A stretch of DNA of 64,000 nucleotides, taken from positions 323,706 to 387,705 of the forward strand of contig CAVZFW010000010.1 of assembly GCA_963774705.1 (NCBI GenBank), written 5' to 3'. The DNA is from an uncultured delta proteobacterium (GTDB lineage Bacteria; Desulfobacterota; Binatia; Binatales; Binataceae). Shown here in pieces: positions 59,341 to 64,000 of the stretch. Numbering within the stretch: the stretch's first letter is position 1; each line of letters opens with the position of its first letter. Below the pieces are notes generated by a model. The model had not been told where the DNA came from. It searched no databases and saw only the letters and a program-made list of their open reading frames with translations. Both the position numbers and the translations under genes were made by a program.

Positions 59341-60492
59341 ATGGAGTTAAGCCTCGCAGGAAGCATCCGAACGCCGTTCGGAGAAGTGGAACTGATTCCG
59401 CAGGATCGACGTCTGCTACAGGCCTCGAGCCCGGAACCGCTCCGCTTCGGTGATCTGAGAATACATCTATGGGTACTGTTCGAGCAGACGGGCGGGATCT
59501 GGACGGTTTCGCAGGTGGCCGCGCCCGTGCTGCGTCTGGCGGGTCGATCGGCGCCGACGTCGCCGATGCTGGGCGAGTCGATTCGATCGGAAATTATGAA
59601 GACGGTCGCGGCACTTGCCGGCGAGTGGGCGTTCGCACATCCGGAGGCGTTCGCGTGCGCGGCAGCCGAGGCCTTCGAGTTGGACAAAGAGGGATTGCAT
59701 CGTGAATTGGGAACGCTGAAAGAGTCGCTGACGAGTTCGGCGCATGCGATGGAATCGATAAGGTCGATGGCTTCCCCGGAGAGCGACGCCAGGCTGCGCG
59801 AGTATCTGCATCGGATGAGGCAGATGGCCTCGGACGTGCCCGCGATGCAGGAGATTGCACGGAAGATCGCGTATCCGGAGGAGCGATCGCGCCTGCCGAA
59901 CGAACTGCTCCGGCTGACGTTCGATGCACCAACTATCAAGGGCAAATCGAAGGATCGGCGAGAGGCGAGCGCGGCGGGGGCGGTCGTGGACAGTCGATTA
60001 ATCGAGGGCTCGAGCGAGGGCCGGCAGGATCAATCGAATGTGCAGGAGACGCTTGGGCAGGTTTTGAAAACCGCGCGGGAGAAAAGCGGACTCTCGCAGG
60101 ATGATCTGGCAGTCAGGCTGGGAATCGCGGCGGACGACGTCGCGCAACTCGAGAGCGATCGCGGGGCGCGGCCCTCATTTCCGCTGCTCGGCCGGGTCGC
60201 GGACCTTATGAGGCTCGAAAAAGATCGGCTCTTTCAATTGGCCGAGACGCGCACGAAGTCTGCTGAGGGCGCGGGAAAAGTAATGCCCGGTGCAAAAAGC
60301 AACGGCACGGTCTGGAAGGTATTCGCGCGGGACCGCGCGCTGCTCGATCGGTACAACGTCCAGCCGCACGAACTCAGAGCGCTTGGGAAAGTCAGCCTGA
60401 TGGGCAAGGTTACCAATATAGAAGCGCTGCTATTTATTCTCGAGTCGATGCGCAAGGCGGACGACGATCCGGACGATAACGGCGACGAATAG
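59341..60492 (+). CDS. XRE-family helix-turn-helix protein with ~230-aa unknown N-terminal domain and unknown acidic C-terminal tail
   Basis: LGQVLKTAREKSGLSQDDLAVRLGIAADDVAQLESDRGARPSFPLLGRVADLMRL is a classic HTH_XRE motif, at residues ~237-295 of 383. Confidence 0.6.
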   Translation: MELSLAGSIRTPFGEVELIPQDRRLLQASSPEPLRFGDLRIHLWVLFEQTGGIWTVSQVAAPVLRLAGRSAPTSPMLGESIRSEIMKTVAALAGEWAFAHPEAFACAAAEAFELDKEGLHRELGTLKESLTSSAHAMESIRSMASPESDARLREYLHRMRQMASDVPAMQEIARKIAYPEERSRLPNELLRLTFDAPTIKGKSKDRREASAAGAVVDSRLIEGSSEGRQDQSNVQETLGQVLKTAREKSGLSQDDLAVRLGIAADDVAQLESDRGARPSFPLLGRVADLMRLEKDRLFQLAETRTKSAEGAGKVMPGAKSNGTVWKVFARDRALLDRYNVQPHELRALGKVSLMGKVTNIEALLFILESMRKADDDPDDNGDE

Positions 60493-60528
60493 GCTCAACG
60501 TCACAGCATTTAAAAGGTGCCGGCCGCC

Positions 60529-61734
60529 TCATAACAAGGGGGAGGGGCGGGTGTCGTCGGACTTGAGGAACAGCGAGCCGACCATCTCGAGCGTTCGGCG
60601 CTGGCCGATGATGTGCTGGCACCAGGTCTCGGCGTCGCGCAACGCCCGATCGAAGGCGCTCTTTTTGGTGTAGATGGCGCTGCCGCCAACGGAATCGAAG
60701 AGCAAGCGGATAATCTGGCGCGACGACTGGCAGACGTTGACGTTCGAGAGCCATAGATCAGCGCGCTCCTGCTCGGTCGGTTGCTCGTTTTTGACCAGCC
60801 GCTTCCAGTGCCGCTCGATAGAAGTGAAGGAGTATGAGCGCGCGGCCCCGAGGAGCATCTCGGCTTCGGCGACTGCGGTCTGAATGCGCGCGAGATTCTT
60901 GTAAGGACGGTTGCTCGGAAACTCGATCTTGCCCTGGATGACTTCGAGGAACATATCGATGGTCGAGCGCGCGACACCGAGCGGGACGCCGGAGCCCTTG
61001 GGCAGAATCGCGTTGTTGCGCCGCCAGATGGGACCCTCGCGTTTGGCGGGCTCGAGGAAGCTGAAGGTATGGCGCTCGGGGACGAAGAGGTCGGCCACGC
61101 GGTAGTCGTTGCTGCCGGTGCCGCGCAGGCCAGTCGTGTGCCAGGTGTCCTGAATCTCGAAATTCGAGACGGGTGCGAGCGCGATGCGCCAATTCGGCGC
61201 GCCGGCTTTATTCTTGGCGGGGATGCCGTTCTCGTGCACGATACATCCGGCGGAAACGACGTCGGCGTGCGTGACACCCGACCCGAACATCCATTGGCCG
61301 GTGACGCGATAGCCACCGTCAACGCGCTCGGCGCGGCCGGCTGGCCAGACCCATCCGGCGGTAGCGAGGTCGAGGTGCTGATAGAGTTCGCGACCGGCAT
61401 CGTCGTCGAGAAAGCCCGAGTAGATGCCCGAATCGCAGCCGATCATCACGCACCATCCGACGGCGGAATTGGCGCGGGAAAGCTCCTCGATGACTTCGAC
61501 CTGCTCGATGGTGCTGAGTTCGGGGCCGCCCCATATATGCGGCATCGTCAGGCGGAAGAGGCCGGCCTCACGCACGCGGGCGACAACGTCGGGCGGGAGT
61601 CGGCGGGCCTCGTCGCAGGCGTTGGACTGCTCCCTGAGGTAGCCGCGCAGGGCACGGGCGTTGGCGTAGATGTCGGACACGCTGAGCGGGCGTCCGGGGA
61701 GCACTCCGGATCGATTCACGGCGGTGGCGGTCAT
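60529..61734 (-). CDS. acyl-CoA dehydrogenase-fold flavoprotein (HsaA/DszC-like flavin-dependent monooxygenase type)
   Basis: 401 aa. LPPDVVARVREAGLFRLTMPHIWGGPELS...GWCVMIGCDSG...GYRVTGQWMFGSG...TGLRGTGSNDY. AAGGAG RBS. Confidence 0.65.
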   Translation of the reverse strand: MTATAVNRSGVLPGRPLSVSDIYANARALRGYLREQSNACDEARRLPPDVVARVREAGLFRLTMPHIWGGPELSTIEQVEVIEELSRANSAVGWCVMIGCDSGIYSGFLDDDAGRELYQHLDLATAGWVWPAGRAERVDGGYRVTGQWMFGSGVTHADVVSAGCIVHENGIPAKNKAGAPNWRIALAPVSNFEIQDTWHTTGLRGTGSNDYRVADLFVPERHTFSFLEPAKREGPIWRRNNAILPKGSGVPLGVARSTIDMFLEVIQGKIEFPSNRPYKNLARIQTAVAEAEMLLGAARSYSFTSIERHWKRLVKNEQPTEQERADLWLSNVNVCQSSRQIIRLLFDSVGGSAIYTKKSAFDRALRDAETWCQHIIGQRRTLEMVGSLFLKSDDTRPSPLL

Positions 61735-61783
61735 AGAGGGGACTCCTTGGGAGAGGAAGCTGTCAAGGAACTAAGAACTTAGC

Positions 61784-61833
61784 TCTTTTCTGAAACCTTA
61801 TGAAGGTTTCAGACTTCCCATCGGGGAAGATGT
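61784..61833. promoter_or_regulatory. conserved palindromic element copy 1: tcttt TCTGAAACC-ttatgaa-GGTTTCAGA cttcccat..aagatg, 50 nt upstream of the ACAD-fold gene start
   Basis: 14-nt left block and 17-nt right block are identical to copy 2. Confidence 0.6.
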
Positions 61834-61985
61834 GGGCATTATCGTGAATCGCGCTCGCGATGCTCGGGAGGCGGCCAAATCCTGTGTGCCCTCACCCGCA
61901 CTCGCGACGCTCACGCGACCTCTCCCTGGACAAGGAGAGGTGTAGGGCGGGGGTCGCGATGTTCGGGTGGGTGGCTATACGGCGC

Positions 61986-62048
61986 TGTCACCCTGAGCGG
62001 AGCGAATGGGTCCCTGATCCGGGATTCTTCGCTGCGCTCAGAATGACA
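61986..62048. repeat. REP/MITE-like imperfect palindrome (tgtcaccctgagcggagcgaa ... ttcgctgcgctcagaatgaca)
   Basis: 21-nt arms with a 21-nt centre. It translates as the CHPERSE...FAALRMT pattern that I recognise from intergenic repeats of many environmental high-GC genomes. Confidence 0.55.
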
Positions 62049-62078
62049 CCACTTACCCTTTACGAGTGCGTGAGTTCC

Positions 62079-63329
62079 TTAGTGGGCGGTGGTTTGCGCG
62101 GATGCCCGACGCTTGAGCAGCAGATCGATGTCGAATTTGAAAATCCGCGCGGCGTTAAGGCCGAGGATTTTCGCGCGTTGATCTTCTTTGAGCTGGCCCA
62201 TCTCACGTTCGATGGCCTCGGCGGAATGCGGCCAGGTGCCCTCGGCGTGCGGATAGTCATTGGCCCACATGAAATTGTCGACGAGGTCGAAACGTTCGGC
62301 GAGTGCGAGACCGGCAGGGTCTTCCTGAAACGAGGCGGCGCCGTTGCTGCGGAAGTATTCGCTCGGCAGATGCTTGAGCTTGGGAAAGGCCCACAGGTGA
62401 TGCTTGCGATACGCCTCGTCCATCGCAGTGAGCGCCCATGGCACCCATCCGATGCCGGATTCGATGGCGGCGAAGCGGAGCTTCGGGAAACGCTCGATCA
62501 CGCCTGACGCGCAGAGACTCGCGACCGGCTCGATGGTCGGGGCGAGCGAATGGGCCGCATAGTTGATGACCGCACCGCCGTCGTGGCGCGCGGCGCGCGG
62601 ATCGCGGCCGGTCGAGACGTGGAAGGTTGCGGGGAGGTCGCAATCCTGGATGAGCGCCCACAGCGGATCGAAGATCGGCAGATTGTAATTGGCGTGACGG
62701 GCGTCATGGGCGCCCCAGATCGGCTTGCATGGGAGCGTCAGGCCGCGAAAGCCGATTTTCGCGACGCGCTTGATTTCGGCCATCGCAAGGTCAAGATCGG
62801 CGGTGAAAATCGCGGCCATCGGCGACATGAAATCGTTGTAAGGACCGTAAACCTCCCACGCCCAATCGTTCCACACGCGGCATTGTTCGGCGCCGAACTC
62901 GGGGTCTTGCGTGGCGAACATTGCGAGGCCCTTGTTGGGAAAAACGATCTCGGCGTCGATGCCGTCGTGCATCTGGTCGCGAATACGATCGAGCGGGTCG
63001 CGGCCGGCATTGCCGCGCAGGCGATCCTCCCCGCCCTTGGGCGCATCGTCCTTGGAGACGGGCCGCACACGCGAGCGTTGGTAGCCCTCGACGACCGTCC
63101 ACTTGACACCCTTGTCGTCGATTTCGATGTGCGGCAGGCGGTTGCGAAATTTCGCGTCGATGCGCTCCCACCAGAGCTTGCTCGGCTCGTTTACGTGGCA
63201 GTCCGCCGAGATCATCAGGTAGCGATTGGGATCGTCGGGATGCGCAGTGCGCTGCCAGCCGTCGTGGCCGGGGGTTTCGAGGCGCCAGCGATTTTTCTCG
63301 TCGACCTGGTGAGTGATCTCGTCGATCAT
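62079..63329 (-). CDS. amidohydrolase_2 family protein, paralog B
   Basis: ATG 63329 (MIDEITHQVDEKNRWRLETPGHDGWQR) matches the start of paralog A. YLMISADCHVNEP...ANDYPHAEGTWPHS...LGLNAARIFKFDID. Confidence 0.75.
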   Translation of the reverse strand: MIDEITHQVDEKNRWRLETPGHDGWQRTAHPDDPNRYLMISADCHVNEPSKLWWERIDAKFRNRLPHIEIDDKGVKWTVVEGYQRSRVRPVSKDDAPKGGEDRLRGNAGRDPLDRIRDQMHDGIDAEIVFPNKGLAMFATQDPEFGAEQCRVWNDWAWEVYGPYNDFMSPMAAIFTADLDLAMAEIKRVAKIGFRGLTLPCKPIWGAHDARHANYNLPIFDPLWALIQDCDLPATFHVSTGRDPRAARHDGGAVINYAAHSLAPTIEPVASLCASGVIERFPKLRFAAIESGIGWVPWALTAMDEAYRKHHLWAFPKLKHLPSEYFRSNGAASFQEDPAGLALAERFDLVDNFMWANDYPHAEGTWPHSAEAIEREMGQLKEDQRAKILGLNAARIFKFDIDLLLKRRASAQTTAH

Positions 63330-63380
63330 TTCAATGCTCCAGAGATACCGGGGAGTTGTCGAGGAGCTCAAAACCTTTAT

Positions 63381-63429
63381 TCTTTTCTGAAACCTCTAGA
63401 GGTTTCAGACTTCCCATTTGTAAGATGGT
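63381..63429. promoter_or_regulatory. conserved palindromic element copy 2: tcttt TCTGAAACC-tctaga-GGTTTCAGA cttcccat..aagatg, 52 nt upstream of amidohydrolase paralog B
   Basis: Read directly. Same orientation and same distance to the start codon as copy 1. Confidence 0.6.
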
Positions 63430-63480
63430 TACGAGAGGACTCCAGGAAGCGAGCCGCCCGACCTAGCTACTTTTATTCAC

Positions 63481-63514
63481 TGTGGGAAGTGTGAAACCTT
63501 TCAAGGTTTCACAT
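63481..63514. promoter_or_regulatory. third, inverted and diverged copy of the palindromic element (gggaag TGTGAAACC-tttcaa-GGTTTCACA) just downstream of dapA
   Basis: The reverse complement reads atGTGAAACC-ttgaaa-GGTTTCACacttccca, compared with GGTTTCAGacttccca in copies 1 and 2. Confidence 0.5.
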
Positions 63515-63540
63515 CTCTTTCTCCCTCTCTCCTCCCATCT

Positions 63541-64000
63541 TCAAATCAGGCGTAGTTCCTTCATGACGACGCGCAGCCTGTCGGCGGCCGACGGCGTCAT
63601 CGGCACGAGCGGCATGCGCATCTCGTTGGTGCATTTGCCCATGAAGGCGCAGGCCTGCTTGATCGGGATGGGATTAGTCTCGACGAACAGCGCGCGCGTC
63701 AACGGGAGCAGTTTGTAATGAAGCTCGCGGGCGCGGACGAAGTCGCCGGCGAGGCCGGCCGCGACCATTTCGTGGACCTCGCGCGGCATCACGTTGGTGA
63801 CGACGGAAATTACGCCCTTCGCGCCGATCGCCATCAGCGGAACCGCCAGGGGGTCGTCGCCGGAGAGCAGCGTGAGGCGGTCGCCGCAGAGCTTCAGGAT
63901 GTCGGAGCATTGATCCATCGAGCCGGAGGATTCCTTGATCGCAACGATGTTCTTGACCTCGCACAGGCGCCCGAAAGTTTCGGGTGCGATGTTCGAGCCG
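63541..64000 (-). CDS. dapA: 4-hydroxy-tetrahydrodipicolinate synthase, C-terminal part (N-terminus beyond the window edge)
   Basis: The track shows only 63541-63918. The frame stays open to 64000 and reads ...FGRLCEVKNIVAIKESSGSMDQ..., then GVISVVTNVMP, ETNPIPIKQA. Confidence 0.85.
   Translation of the reverse strand, partial: GSNIAPETFGRLCEVKNIVAIKESSGSMDQCSDILKLCGDRLTLLSGDDPLAVPLMAIGAKGVISVVTNVMPREVHEMVAAGLAGDFVRARELHYKLLPLTRALFVETNPIPIKQACAFMGKCTNEMRMPLVPMTPSAADRLRVVMKELRLI

Noticed and set aside
59268-59945. 225-aa minus-strand ORF in the islet
   Set aside because: It is antisense to the N-terminal half of the HTH protein gene and has Ser/Arg/Ala-rich shadow composition. It would also run through the AT-rich promoter region.
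60510-61400. 296-aa minus-strand ORF
   Set aside because: It is an alternative frame of the ACAD-fold gene and extremely Pro/Ser/Arg/Ala-rich.
61860-62507. 215-aa plus-strand ORF
   Set aside because: It begins in intergenic DNA, reads through the REP-like palindrome (CHPERSE...FAALRMT), and then runs antisense to amidohydrolase paralog B.

Overview
This is a 64-kb high-GC bacterial chromosomal window, densely coding on both strands. I found no rRNA, tRNA, CRISPR array, transposase or integrase.

Layout:
1. 1-9.7 kb: exopolysaccharide export and modification locus. It holds an ExeA-like ATPase, a Wzz-like chain-length determinant, a Wza-like exporter, two paralogous secreted SLT/lysozyme-like proteins, an O-antigen-ligase-like membrane protein, a methyltransferase and a NodB deacetylase.
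2. 10-32 kb: a run of small-molecule metabolism genes. These are amidohydrolases, VOC/cupin proteins, SDRs, a ThDP enzyme, pdxH, a Nu-class GST, an MFS transporter, msrA, an FAD oxidoreductase and YceI. A tiny secreted Cys/His-rich peptide gene flanked by two related hairpins also sits here.
3. 32.4-38.3 kb: an accessory-looking segment. It starts at a truncated gene remnant and carries a helical-repeat protein and an orphan ~1250-aa polytopic membrane protein with a large periplasmic-binding-protein-like ectodomain. This is my best candidate for something undescribed.
4. 38.3-44.3 kb: F1Fo ATP synthase genes b'-b-delta-alpha-gamma-beta-epsilon. No a or c subunit genes are present.
5. 44.3-53.7 kb: housekeeping genes (bactofilin, PPOX-class enzyme, miaB, rpsU, asnS, cvpA, trxA).
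6. 53.9-63.4 kb: tandem duplicated Zn-ADHs, then two paralogous amidohydrolase_2 genes. These bracket a small phage/plasmid-flavoured islet (DUF2786-like protein, 2-TM peptide, XRE-HTH protein) and an ACAD-fold flavoenzyme. A conserved palindromic element lies upstream of two of these genes.
7. A partial dapA at the right edge.

A recurrent technical or biological theme is at least ten 1-nt frame breaks, mostly in short homopolymers. Six of them fall within 4.5 kb (atpF, atpF', a 2OG oxygenase, miaB x3).

The ORF track uses longest ATG/GTG/TTG starts and omits edge-truncated ORFs. Several starts were re-derived by hand from RBS context, and two edge genes were added. All family calls come from motif recognition by eye; no searches were run.
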